A stretch of 64,000 nt of DNA from an uncultured Bacteroidales bacterium. Lineage in GTDB: Bacteria; Bacteroidota; Bacteroidia; Bacteroidales; VadinHA17. Location: NCBI GenBank assembly GCA_963702415.1, contig CAVPCP010000008.1:199732-263731 (forward strand), given 5' to 3'. Below are positions 17,278-27,776 of this stretch, piece after piece; within the stretch, counting starts at the first letter, position 1, and every line of letters begins with the position of its first letter. The position numbers were made by a program, and so were the translations under genes. The notes under the pieces are model-generated. The model saw nothing but the letters and a program-made list of their open reading frames with translations, did no database searches and had not been told where the DNA came from.

Positions 17278-17356
17278 GAGGTTAAAAATCAACTCCAAAC
17301 ACAAAGAAAAAAGGACAAGCAAGTATAAGTAACAGTATTAAAATTTGGCCCGAAAT

Positions 17357-17745
17357 GCTAACACGGACAATATGGGTAAGTTGTTTGTCACACTTTTTGC
17401 TTTTAATCCTGCACCTAAGACAAATTCGTAATGTCCGTTGCACCCGGACACGCGCATCTGCCCGCAATTAAAATCCTACATCGTGACAGTTTTCTGGCTC
17501 CGAGACAACATGTACCACGACACTGCGCCAGTGCCCCCAACAAACATTCTGTAACGTGACAGTTTACCGGCTCCGATTAAACTTGTACCGCGACACGCGT
17601 AATGCTCAATAAAACTTGTACCATGACGGCAAAAAGTGCGCCATACCCTCCTTGCAACGTGACAGTTTTCTGGCTAAAGTACCAGGACCCTGCCCGGTGC
17701 TCGCGTCGGGTAACACAACCTCCCCATATTGCCGGGCCGTTGGCG
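17357..17745 (+). repeat. mega-attC-like site 9 (389 bp, A1)
   Basis: GCTAAC...GTTGGCG. The interior is identical, by eye, to site 12. Confidence 0.9.
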
Positions 17746-17807
17746 GTAATACCGAACCATGGACACGCAACCAAACATCAATAATAATCATCAAATAAAT
17801 ACTGGAA

Positions 17808-18809
17808 ATGAGAAAAATAGCCTTCATATTAATTATTCTGATTCCTCTCTATTCATGTGAGAAGACAAATTACATTGACAGAACACCGGGCAATCCGAAT
17901 ACCAGTTTTAAATTAAAAATATTAGAAAGCTATTTTGTTACCTCCATTGCATTTGATAGCAAGGGCAATGCCTGGATAGGGACCTTTAAACAAGGATTAA
18001 TAAAATACAATCCTAAAGAAACTGTAGTTTACAATTCAACCAATTCACTTCTCCAATCCAATATAGTCATTTGGGATATTGCTGTTGATAGCAAGGATAA
18101 TGTTTGGATTGGCTGCGATGGAATCATTAAATATGATGGTAATAAGTTTACCCAGTACAATACTTCAAACAGTCCTATTCCCGAGGATTTTGTTTACTCC
18201 ATCGCTATTGATTCAAAAGATAATGTTTGGTTTACCTCTTGCAGGTTTAAGGAAGGCGGATTTGTCAAATTTGATGGTACTAATTGGAAAGTTTATACTC
18301 CGGATAATTCAGATTTACCAGTCAATTCTGTTAAAAGCATTGCCATTGATAATTATGATAATGTCTGGCTGGCTTTATCAGAAATTGTAAATAACACTTA
18401 TCTGATAAAAATTTCAGGAACAAGCTGGAAGACATATACAAGTGAAGATTTGGGTTTTGTCCCCTATTATTTTGCCAACATTGATATTAATTCGCAAAAT
18501 GAAATATGCGGCGCAATTGATTATTCGCTATCAAGCTTGTGGGTAAATCCTGGGCCACAGGTGTTCGTATTTGATGGTCATAATACAGAACAATTAAGGA
18601 TCAATGATATGGCAAGAATCAAATCTTTGACAGTGGATAATGAGGATAACCTTTGGTGTGCGATCTCTAGTGGATATGCAGTATACAACGGTGAACTGTG
18701 GATTATCGATGATTCAACCTATAGAGAATCTAGTGTATTTACAATCAAACAAGCAAATGACAAGAGGATTTGGCTTGGCACCGGTGATGGGATCTACATC
18801 AATGATTAA
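17808..18809 (+). CDS. beta-propeller lipoprotein with Reg_prop (two-component regulator propeller) repeats
   Basis: Repeated V.SIA.DSKGN.WIGT...GL.KY units. Lipobox LIPLYSC. Confidence 0.8.
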   Translation: MRKIAFILIILIPLYSCEKTNYIDRTPGNPNTSFKLKILESYFVTSIAFDSKGNAWIGTFKQGLIKYNPKETVVYNSTNSLLQSNIVIWDIAVDSKDNVWIGCDGIIKYDGNKFTQYNTSNSPIPEDFVYSIAIDSKDNVWFTSCRFKEGGFVKFDGTNWKVYTPDNSDLPVNSVKSIAIDNYDNVWLALSEIVNNTYLIKISGTSWKTYTSEDLGFVPYYFANIDINSQNEICGAIDYSLSSLWVNPGPQVFVFDGHNTEQLRINDMARIKSLTVDNEDNLWCAISSGYAVYNGELWIIDDSTYRESSVFTIKQANDKRIWLGTGDGIYIND

Positions 18810-18824
18810 TAAAAAAGTACTGCC

Positions 18825-19141
18825 GCCAACACGGACAATATGGGTAAGTTGTTTGTCACATTTTTTGCTTCTGCTCCTGCTAACTAGACAGGATAGTACC
18901 GCTTGACAAACCCTGACCGCTCCACTACCCCCAATTAACTTAACTATACCTGGATAGTTGACTAACACCTTGACATCTCTGTACCGCGACGCTCGTAAAG
19001 GCCATAAAACTCTGTACCCGGATGGCAAAAAATGCGCCATACCCTCCTTGCACCGTGAAAGCTTTCTGGCTAAAGTACCAGGACCCTACCCGGTGCTTGC
19101 GTTGGGTAACACAACCTCCCCATATTGCCGGGCCGTTATAG
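18825..19141 (+). repeat. mega-attC-like site 10 (317 bp, A2)
   Basis: GCCAAC-ACGGACAATATGGG ... CCCCATATTGCCGGGCC-GTTATAG. A2 interior (GACAGGATAGTACCGCTTGACAAACC). Confidence 0.85.
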
Positions 19142-19349
19142 GGCATTTCCCCCACCGAGAAACTCAGTTAAATCCGTAAGCGAATGGCAAAAATTGATTA
19201 AACTTGACAAAATACTGGACTATTGTGAATTCTGTAACACTTTAATTATTAATACCAATTTTTGCCATAAGTCGATATCTTGCACAATTGAGGTAATGAC
19301 ATAATACTCATGATAATCTTTAAAAACAACTAATAAATGAACGAAGCTT

Positions 19350-20030
19350 ATGGGTGACTGGAATGAAAAGATAGATGGAAATGACACTTTTCTAGACATT
19401 TATGAAAATTTTTATGAACAATACAATGCAGGTAATGATCCTATTGAAATTTCAAATAAAATTCTGAGCGACTATAAAGAAATGTTTGCTGATCATGACG
19501 ATCGATATAATTGTCTTTTTGCACTATCACTGGCTCAATGGGAAACAAAATGCCTAGATCAGAAAATCTATAATGAAGTAAAATCGATTATTGAAAATGG
19601 GGATGATCTCAAATTGTGGAAAGACCAAGGGGCAAATGAAAAATTGTTAGGAAAGCGAAAATTAGCCTTGGAAAGGTTTCTCAAAAAAATCTCCACGTTA
19701 AAAGAAAAAGCTAAACGAAGAATCAAACCTAAATTCGAATTTTATTCAATTGAACTCATTAGACTATTTGCGCCTGATAATAAGAAGCATATAAGAATTA
19801 GTGAAGAGTTTACAAACAAAAATTACATCCATACTGGCGGACTACTCATGTGGGAACATGGAGGAGGAGGCATTCTATATTATTCAGGTCAAGGAAAATC
19901 GATTTCTGCCGAATGGATTGATAATCAAACGTTGCAAATTCAGCATGATAGAGATATTGTGTTCTCAAAACAAGAATTTAAATTTTATTTTTTAGGCGAC
20001 GAAGTAAAAATTCTATATAAACCAATTTAA
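19350..20030 (+). CDS. DUF4259-like protein (immunity-protein-like N-terminus)
   Basis: MGDWNEKIDGNDTFLDIYENF resembles the MGxWGxGxFDNDxAxD start of DUF4259. This is my recollection of the family, not a search. Confidence 0.45.
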   Translation: MGDWNEKIDGNDTFLDIYENFYEQYNAGNDPIEISNKILSDYKEMFADHDDRYNCLFALSLAQWETKCLDQKIYNEVKSIIENGDDLKLWKDQGANEKLLGKRKLALERFLKKISTLKEKAKRRIKPKFEFYSIELIRLFAPDNKKHIRISEEFTNKNYIHTGGLLMWEHGGGGILYYSGQGKSISAEWIDNQTLQIQHDRDIVFSKQEFKFYFLGDEVKILYKPI

Positions 20031-20040
20031 CATAACGCCC

Positions 20041-20429
20041 TATAACACGGACAATATGGGTAAGTTGTTTGTCACACTTTTTGCTTTTACTCCTGCACCC
20101 AAGATAAATTCGTAATGGCAGTTGTATCCGGACACTCGCATCTGCCTGCAATTAAATTCCTGCACCATGACTAATTTCTGGTTCCGAGACAAATTGTACC
20201 GCGACACCGCACCAGTGTTCCCAACAGAATTTTTAACCGGCGATAAGTTCGCGGCTCCGATCAAACTTGTACCGCGACACGCGTAATGCTCAATAAAATT
20301 TGTACCCGGACGGCAAAAAGTGCGCCATACCCTCCTTGCACCGTGACAGATTTCTGGCTAAAGTACCAGGACCCTGCCCGGATGCTACGTAGGGTAACAC
20401 AACCTCCCCATATTGCCGGGCCGTTATGG
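20041..20429 (+). repeat. mega-attC-like site 11 (389 bp, A1)
   Basis: TATAAC...GTTATGG. Standard termini. Confidence 0.9.
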
Positions 20430-20466
20430 GCAATGCGATTCAAAACTTACAGATAAATATATAATA

Positions 20467-20934
20467 ATGAAACAAAAAATTTCCTGGATTTTGGTATTAG
20501 TCTTTCCGTTGGTTACTTGCCAAAATCAAAATACAAAGACAACCGAAAAAACGAGCGAGAACAAAATGGTTGCTTATGGATACAATAGTCAAATGCTTGA
20601 ATCTGTTGACACTGTCACAACAAAACTTGTAAGTGGGATAAATGAAGATTTCATATTTAGTTTGAGATTTGATCGAGACTCGGATACTTTATGGGGAGAG
20701 TTTCATTTAATTCCAGGTTCAGCCTCAAATTCTTATTACAAAGATGGTCAAGAGGTTACACCTTTAGAAATTATTGATATAAAAACTGTAGTATTAGATG
20801 CACCTGATAAACAGCACTTTCATATTTATAAAGTGCTTAATAGAGGCAAGGGAATTGACAGTGGGGATCTATTCTTTCTTTACCAAAGAATTTGGATTAA
20901 TTCTTCAAAAACCATTGTATTGGAGGTCAATTAG
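20467..20934 (+). CDS. lipoprotein, unknown function
   Basis: The ATG at 20467 gives MKQKISWILVLVFPLVTC. The track ORF start at 20413 lies inside the preceding repeat. Confidence 0.6.
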   Translation: MKQKISWILVLVFPLVTCQNQNTKTTEKTSENKMVAYGYNSQMLESVDTVTTKLVSGINEDFIFSLRFDRDSDTLWGEFHLIPGSASNSYYKDGQEVTPLEIIDIKTVVLDAPDKQHFHIYKVLNRGKGIDSGDLFFLYQRIWINSSKTIVLEVN

Positions 20935-21074
20935 AAGAGTGGAATACCTTAATGACAATAGGAAAAACAATATTATTCGTCATTTATGTTTTCTCATAAT
21001 GAGAGATACAGATTTTTTTAATAACTCGGTATCAACTGATTCAGCGAAGATCGAGATTGTAAAAAAGCACATCC

Positions 21075-21463
21075 CATAACACGGACAATATGGGTAAGTT
21101 GTTTGTCACACTTTTTGCTTTTAATCCTGCACCTAAGACAAATTCGTAATGTCCGTTGCACCCGGACACGCGCATCTGCCCGCAATTAAAATCCTACATC
21201 GTGACAGTTTTCTGGCTCCGAGACAACATGTACCACGACACTGCGCCAGTGCCCCCAACAAACATTCTGTAACGTGACAGTTTACCGGCTCCGATTAAAC
21301 TTGTACCGCGACACGCGTAATGCTCAATAAAACTTGTACCATGACGGCAAAAAGTGCGCCATACCCTCCTTGCAACGTGACAGTTTTCTGGCTAAAGTAC
21401 CAGGACCCTGCCCGGTGCTCGCGTCGGGTAACACAACCTCCCCATATTGCCGGGCCGTTAGCG
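21075..21463 (+). repeat. mega-attC-like site 12 (389 bp, A1)
   Basis: CATAAC...GTTAGCG. Interior identical to site 9. Confidence 0.9.
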
Positions 21464-21497
21464 TTCAGTTGGGGCATCCTACACATAAGATAAATAT

Positions 21498-22196
21498 ATG
21501 AAGACCTGCTACTTAATTTTAATTGTATTCGTTTTTCTGGCACCCATAAATTTGGAAGCTCAGAGATCAAATAATAATAAAGTGTATGGAACATTTAGTC
21601 AACAACATTTTTACCGATTCATAATAATTGAATTTAAAAAAGACATGACTTTCAACTTCCATATTATGTCTGAAAGAGCTCATAAAAATACAATGGGATC
21701 ATTTAAACTAAATGGAGACACCATATTTTTAAACTCAACTACTGATAAAACAGAATTTGATTTTAAAAACACAAAATGGTTGGTATTATCTCCAAAGAGG
21801 ATATTAATGTCAAACAATAAATCAGTTAGTAAAGAGAGTTGGTCGGTACTTGAGAAAGATAAGAGTTATGAATTTGTCCCAAACGAATTAAGTGATTTGA
21901 AAATTAAAGTTGACAGCATTAAAAAAAACTCACTCGGTTGGAAAGTAGACACTACAAATTATGATTCTGAACTTAAAGTAATAATTCATGAGCCCTTGCC
22001 TCCAAAAGAACCTGTCGTCATTATGGATGGATTACCTGTTAAATATGAGTTCCTATTAAACTATTACACTTTAGCTGATATTCATTCTATCACTTACACA
22101 ACAGCTGACAATTTAATTAATAATGGAATTCATGGTGGCCAAGCAGAATATGGAGTAATAATTCTGACAACAAATAAAAATAAACCGAAACGCTAA
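21498..22196 (+). CDS. secreted protein with a TonB-plug-like C-terminal motif
   Basis: Signal peptide. PVVIMDGLPV...IHSITY...GQAEYGVIILTTNK. The stop TAA is the TAA of the R'' GCTAAC. Confidence 0.6.
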   Translation: MKTCYLILIVFVFLAPINLEAQRSNNNKVYGTFSQQHFYRFIIIEFKKDMTFNFHIMSERAHKNTMGSFKLNGDTIFLNSTTDKTEFDFKNTKWLVLSPKRILMSNNKSVSKESWSVLEKDKSYEFVPNELSDLKIKVDSIKKNSLGWKVDTTNYDSELKVIIHEPLPPKEPVVIMDGLPVKYEFLLNYYTLADIHSITYTTADNLINNGIHGGQAEYGVIILTTNKNKPKR

Positions 22197-22505
22197 CACG
22201 GACAATATGGGTAAGTTGTTTGTCATGGTTTTTGCTTTTGCTCCTGCTCCCAAGACAGATTTGTAATAACTTGTACCGCGACCGCGCCAGTGCCCACCAT
22301 AAAATTTTGTGTACCTTGACTTGTTTCCTGCTTCCTATCAACCTTGTACCGCGACACTCGTATAACTCAGCCAACCTGTACCCGGACGGCAAAAACCACG
22401 CCATACCCTCCTGGCACCGTGACAGCTTTCTGGCTAAAGTACCAGGACTCTGCCCGGATGCTGCGTCGGGTAACACAACCTCCCCATATTGCCGGGCCGT
22501 TAGGC
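22192..22505 (+). repeat. mega-attC-like site 13 (314 bp, shortened A1)
   Basis: GCTAAC...GTTAGGC. The left-central modules are missing. Confidence 0.85.
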
Positions 22506-22585
22506 AATATTTGAGAAGATTTCTAAACTCAAATTTCTAGAAAAATGACAATATTTACTCAGTTTTAGTTTTAAACAGAAATCAT

Positions 22586-23722
22586 ATGAAAAGAATCCCG
22601 ATCTTAATATTTATTATAACTCTGAATCAATACGCAAATTCTCAAGATTATAATGTTATATACTACAATTCTAACTGGGAAGTGACCTCAGTCAAATTTG
22701 GAAAGTATTATCGAATATCAGGATTTGACCAAACTAAAATGACCTTTGATAGTCTTGTACTTGATCACTACATGTATGGAGGTTTGGAAATGACCGGTAA
22801 TTATTCAACTGGTCTAAAGGAGGGAGAATTCATTTATTACTACCCAAATAATACCTTAAGACTTAAAACGTACTATAAGAACAATATGAGATCAGGTTCT
22901 TGGACAGAATATTTTGAAAATGGAGAAGTGCATGTTGATATTTCTTATGACAACAACAAAGAAAGGTTAATGCAATATAAAGATACAAATGGCATAAGTA
23001 TGTTTAAAAATGGAAATGGTAAATTTACTATGATCCGATATTATAATCCATATTTCGAATCATTTGCATCTGTTGACACGAATAGGTTATCAACAAAACA
23101 AATTCTAAGAGGAAATATAAAAAATGGTTATAAAAATGGTATCTGGACATTAACTGAATATAATAAAGTAAACTGGTTATCTGGAAATGAATGGATTACT
23201 AAAGAAGAACCTAGGAAAATCTGCATTATTAAATATAAAGATGGAGAATTCTTAGAGGGCACATATTTTCTTCAAGATGGAATTAAGAAAGATATAATCA
23301 CAGATATTTTTACATATTTGATTCTTGAGCCTGATAAAATAGTAAGGACTGAATCTATATTTTTTGAGCCAGGACAACTAATTAAACACAACTACTTGAT
23401 CGAGACTGTTCAAAACAAGCTAAATAAGAATGAATCAAAGACTGTAATAGATGATGAATCTCAAATAATTGATTTTTTTAATTCAAAGTATTCACTAACA
23501 GTTAAAAATTGTACAGATACTTTCAGAATAAACCTTTCCTTGAAAATTGACTCCTTAGGTAAAGTAACATTAGGTTCAATAAATCCAAAAATTCCTTCAG
23601 CATTTGAAAAGGAAGTTAATATTGTAATCAATAAAATTGATAGGGTTAATCATTTTACCAAACGAACTCTGGATTTTGTATATCGTGTTTGGTGCACTGA
23701 AGAACTAGATTATAAAAAATAA
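22586..23722 (+). CDS. MORN-variant repeat protein (YwqK-like)
   Basis: GNYSTGLKEGEFIYYYPNNTLRLKTYYKNNMRSGSWTEYFENGEV repeat units. Signal peptide. Confidence 0.7.
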   Translation: MKRIPILIFIITLNQYANSQDYNVIYYNSNWEVTSVKFGKYYRISGFDQTKMTFDSLVLDHYMYGGLEMTGNYSTGLKEGEFIYYYPNNTLRLKTYYKNNMRSGSWTEYFENGEVHVDISYDNNKERLMQYKDTNGISMFKNGNGKFTMIRYYNPYFESFASVDTNRLSTKQILRGNIKNGYKNGIWTLTEYNKVNWLSGNEWITKEEPRKICIIKYKDGEFLEGTYFLQDGIKKDIITDIFTYLILEPDKIVRTESIFFEPGQLIKHNYLIETVQNKLNKNESKTVIDDESQIIDFFNSKYSLTVKNCTDTFRINLSLKIDSLGKVTLGSINPKIPSAFEKEVNIVINKIDRVNHFTKRTLDFVYRVWCTEELDYKK

Positions 23723-23728
23723 AACATT

Positions 23729-24120
23729 GCCTAACACGGACAATAAACTGCATTTGTTTGTCATGGTTTTTGCTTTTGCTCCTGCTACCAGGACAATTCC
23801 TGCTGACCGCGGTACCCGGACTTCGCGCCAGTACTTCCATTTAAACTTCTGCATCTTGACCAATTTCTGGCTCCGTTCCAGCTTGTACCGCGACACTGCG
23901 CCAGTGCTGTTAATAAAATAACAATACCGTGATAGATTCCCGTCAACTTATAAATTCTGTACCGCGACACTCGTAATGTCTACAAAGCTCTGTACCCGGA
24001 CTACAAAAACGCATGCCATACCCTCCTTGCACCGGGACTAATTTCCGGCTAAAGTACCAGGACTCAAACCGGTGCTTACGTCGGGTAACACAAACGCCCT
24101 TTATTGCCGGGCCGTTACGT
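23729..24120 (+). repeat. mega-attC-like site 14 (392 bp, A3)
   Basis: GCCTAAC-ACGGAC-AATAAACTGCATTTGT ... ACAAACGCCCTTTATT-GCCGGGCC-GTTACGT. Confidence 0.85.
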
Positions 24121-24142
24121 GGCCATTAACAGCATCCTGCCC

Positions 24143-24904
24143 ATGAAAGTAATACTGTGCTCCATACTGATTGTTCTGTTAATTAATTCACATATCTACT
24201 CACAAGAGAATGACTCAACAGATATTATCATTGATTATATTGAGGAAATGCCAATATTTCCTGGAGGCATAGATTCGATATGGTGCTTCCTTGAGAACAA
24301 CTTTAAATTTGATATCTTAAACTCAGATAGTGAATCCGTTAGATATATTATAAAATTCGTAATAGATACATCCGGTAAAGCAAAAGATTTCAACTTCATA
24401 GGTTCAATTCCAAAAGATAAAATCACTATAAATGATAGTCTTAAGAAGATGGAGATCCTAAGAGTCCTTGACCTTATGCCTCATTGGGAACCCGCAAAAC
24501 AAAACCTTAAAAAAGTTCCTTGCGGCTTTGTTCTCCAAATTAATACGCCTGTATATTTCAGATGCAAAAAATTCATAGCTAAAGGAAAAATCGAACAACA
24601 ACCTGACAGGTTAGCTCAGTTTATTGGAGTTGGCATCACGAATCAAGAAAGAATAAACAATTTTGTTAAAAACAAATTAAAATGGATCGATGAAATTGAA
24701 TGTTATGGGAAAGTTGTTATTAAATGCATTGTAGAAAAAAACGGTGAGCTTACTAATTTCCAATATCTTAAAAATCTATGCCCTGAATATGACCAAGAAG
24801 CGTTACGTGTCATAAAAATAATGCCTAAATGGACTCCAGCCTTTAAAAATGGACAGCCTGTTCGATCTTATGTTGTAATCCCAATAATATTTAAACTACA
24901 ATGA
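24143..24904 (+). CDS. secreted protein with two TonB C-terminal-like domains
   Basis: EEMPIFPGGIDSIWCFLENNF and GKVVIKCIVEKNGELTNFQYLKN..PEYDQEALRVIKIMPKWTPAFKNGQPVRSYVVIPIIF. The ATG at 24143 follows the repeat. Confidence 0.7.
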   Translation: MKVILCSILIVLLINSHIYSQENDSTDIIIDYIEEMPIFPGGIDSIWCFLENNFKFDILNSDSESVRYIIKFVIDTSGKAKDFNFIGSIPKDKITINDSLKKMEILRVLDLMPHWEPAKQNLKKVPCGFVLQINTPVYFRCKKFIAKGKIEQQPDRLAQFIGVGITNQERINNFVKNKLKWIDEIECYGKVVIKCIVEKNGELTNFQYLKNLCPEYDQEALRVIKIMPKWTPAFKNGQPVRSYVVIPIIFKLQ

Positions 24905-24924
24905 ATTAATTTAAAAATAACAGC

Positions 24925-25344
24925 CACTAACACGGACAATATGGGTAAGTTGTTTGTCACACTTTTTGCTTTTGCTCCTGCCCTCAAGACAAATTTGTAA
25001 TGGTTATTGCACCCGGACACCAGCCTTCGCTGAAGCTACGGCTGTCGAAGCGCGCATCTGCCCGCAATTAAAATCCTGCACCTTGACAAATTTCTGGCTC
25101 CAAGATAGTTTGTACCGCGACACTGCGCCAGTGCTCATAACAAACATTCTGCACCGTGACAGTTTACCGGCTTCGATCAAACTTGTACCGCGACACGCGT
25201 ATAGCTCACAAAACTTGTACCCTGACAGCAAAAAGTGCGCCATACCCTCCTTGCACCGTGACAGTTTCGCGGCTAAAGTATCAGGACTCTGCCCGGTGCT
25301 CGCGTCAGGTAACACAACCTCCCTTTATTGCCGGGCCGTTATGG
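24925..25344 (+). repeat. mega-attC-like site 15 (420 bp, A1 plus TTCGCT hairpin insert; mismatched L boxes)
   Basis: CACTAAC...GTTATGG. Left AATATGGG versus right CCCTTTATT. Insert at 25021-25052. Confidence 0.85.
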
Positions 25345-25498
25345 GCAATTGCGCTGATAACATGACAGTTACCTGATAAATTTAACAAGACAATTTGATG
25401 ATAAATATTCTGCTTGATTTTTATTCAGCGCAACTAGCCTATAACGGATCTGTTTTAACTAAAAATAATATCTTAGTCTAACCATAAAAATAGGATTA

Positions 25499-26140
25499 AT
25501 GGACTATCTAAAATGCACCAATTGCGGACACTTTAATGAAGTAAAGACTGAGTACTTGACTTTTTGTAAGAACTGTAATAAAGTTTTAAAGAATAATTTC
25601 TCCGACTGGAAAAAAGCCAATCCCAATAAGTCATTCGATGACTTTAAGCAACTATTATGTACTACAAATACAAGTGAAAAATCAAATGAAAATTCAAAAA
25701 CAAAAAAATCAAGGGGATTAAAATACTGGGTTGGATTCACCATTGCTTTTGCGCTCTTTTATGTAATTGGACAATTTGGTGGTGATAAGATCACTTCATA
25801 TTTCAGAAAGCCATCTATCGATAAAAATCTAATGGAAATAGCTAGTGAGTTAAATAAAACCTGTCCGGTTATGGTGGATAGTCTGACTCGACTTGATAAC
25901 ACAGTTGCTTTGCCTAATAAAGTATTTCAATATAACTATTCTCTAATCCCAGCGACCAAGGGATCTATTGATTTTGAAGGTCTTAAAGCCTACCTTACAC
26001 CCAGAATATTAAATGATGTAAAAACAAATCCTGGCATGAAGTATGTCCGTGACAAAAAAGTTACTGTCAATTATAGTTACAAAGACATGAATGGAGAATT
26101 CTTATTCCTGATTTCAGTAAAACCAGAAGACTATCAATAA
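25499..26140 (+). CDS. zinc-ribbon / single-TM protein (copy 2 of 2)
   Basis: Identical in translation to 13611-14252. The whole cassette is duplicated. Confidence 0.7.
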   Translation: MDYLKCTNCGHFNEVKTEYLTFCKNCNKVLKNNFSDWKKANPNKSFDDFKQLLCTTNTSEKSNENSKTKKSRGLKYWVGFTIAFALFYVIGQFGGDKITSYFRKPSIDKNLMEIASELNKTCPVMVDSLTRLDNTVALPNKVFQYNYSLIPATKGSIDFEGLKAYLTPRILNDVKTNPGMKYVRDKKVTVNYSYKDMNGEFLFLISVKPEDYQ

Positions 26141-26187
26141 TAGTAACATTCACAACCTTACAGTTCAAAAAAAAATAAACAACAGCC

Positions 26188-26580
26188 CATAACACGGACG
26201 GTATAATTAATAAGCTCGTCACAGTTTTTGCTTTTGTTTCTGCACCCAAGACAGATTCGTAATGGCCTCTAAACCCGGATACGCTCATCTGGACTTTATT
26301 TAAATCCTGTACCACGACAAATTACTGGCTTCGAGACACATTGTACCGCGACACTGCGCCATTACCCATTTACCAACTTTCTGCAAACGAGACTAATTTC
26401 CGGCCACTTAGCTGGCTTTGTACCGCGACACGCGTAATGCTAAAGTTAAATTGTACCTGGATGGCAAAAACTGCGCCGTACTCTCCTCGCACCGTGACAG
26501 TCTTCTACCTAAAGTACCAGGACTCTGGTCGGATGCTTTGTCGAGTAACGCTTACTAATTATACCGCCGGGCCGTTATGG
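26188..26580 (+). repeat. mega-attC-like site 16 (393 bp, A4; copy of site 6)
   Basis: CATAAC...GTTATGG. Confidence 0.85.
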
Positions 26581-26653
26581 TTAACTTGTGGCATTCTGCA
26601 CGTGAGACAATTACCTAAGTGAATTTCTATATAATTAAGATTAACTGTTTGTT

Positions 26654-27211
26654 ATGAATATTCCCGATGACATCAAAGTAACAAATGAAATTCTCTGGAA
26701 AGGAGCGATGTTTTTTGCCCTGATCGATGTTATTCTAATAACCATCTTGACTCGACTCGTAAAGCCTAAGGATCTTTTTAATATGAAATGGAGACTGATA
26801 ATTTTCATGGCTATATTCTTTTGTATTCTATTTGGATCAATAGTGAGCATAATCTTCTGGGATTCCGTTTATAGCTATGTTTTCCCTTCCTGGGTAAGAT
26901 GGATAATTCCTCCTTCTTACGGACTATTATTTTCTTTGATAGGTCTATTCTTCTGGTGGCTTGCTTTTCATTTACCAACAAATCCTGTGATGAATTTTTG
27001 CATCTTAGGTGGATTTTGGGGCTTTTTAACTCATATTTTGGCTATTCAACGCGGGATTCTGGAAAAACCTCCTATGTTGCAAGGTACCAGCTCAATATCG
27101 GCTTTGACAATCGCAACTTTTGAATTTATATTTTATTGGAGTATATGTTTGGGATTCACCTTTCTAATAGAACATCTTAGATCAAAATTTTTTAAAAACG
27201 CCAATCAGTAA
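26654..27211 (+). CDS. integral membrane protein, unknown function
   Basis: 185 aa with 5-6 hydrophobic helices. Confidence 0.55.
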   Translation: MNIPDDIKVTNEILWKGAMFFALIDVILITILTRLVKPKDLFNMKWRLIIFMAIFFCILFGSIVSIIFWDSVYSYVFPSWVRWIIPPSYGLLFSLIGLFFWWLAFHLPTNPVMNFCILGGFWGFLTHILAIQRGILEKPPMLQGTSSISALTIATFEFIFYWSICLGFTFLIEHLRSKFFKNANQ

Positions 27212-27253
27212 ACTCACCTTAATTAATTCAATTAAACAAAAATAAAAGCTAAC

Positions 27254-27644
27254 CATAACACGGACAATATGGGTAAGTTGTTTGTCATGGTTTTTGCTTT
27301 TGCTCCTGCTACCAGGACAATTCCTGCTTATAGCGGCACCCGGACTTCGCGCCAGAACTCACAATCAAACTTCTGCACCTTGACCAATTTCTGGCTCCGA
27401 GACAAATTGTACTGCGACACTGCGCCAGTGCTGTTAATAAAATAACAATACCATGATAATTTCTCAGTCACTTTGAAAGTCTGTACCGCGACACGCGTAA
27501 TGTTAAGCCAACTCTTTACCTGGACTGCAAAAACACATGCCATACCCTCCTTGCACCGGGACCATTTTCTGGCTAAAGTACCAGGACTCTACCCGGTGCT
27601 GTCGTCGGGTAACACAACCTCCCCATATTGCCGGGCCGTTAGCA
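27254..27644 (+). repeat. mega-attC-like site 17 (391 bp, A3)
   Basis: CATAAC...GTTAGCA. Confidence 0.85.
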
Positions 27645-27776
27645 TTCATGCTGGGCTGAATTTTCGGATACAAATCACTTAAAACGAGACAGATACTGAG
27701 ATAAATTGGCACTAATGCTGGCTTACTGGTAATTTTATTAAACTTGTATTAGAATTAACAATCTAAACTTAGACAA

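Noticed and set aside
27248-27259. Tandem doubled R'' cores as footprints of aberrant recombination: GCTAAC-CATAAC at 27248, CACTAAC-CACTAAC at 35647, and ACTAAC-CATAAC at 59139.
   Set aside because: They are simply the complement of cassette 5' ends that happen to read GTTATGGTTAAC (26574, 58117) or GTTAGTGGTAA (35213). The pairing rule already explains them.
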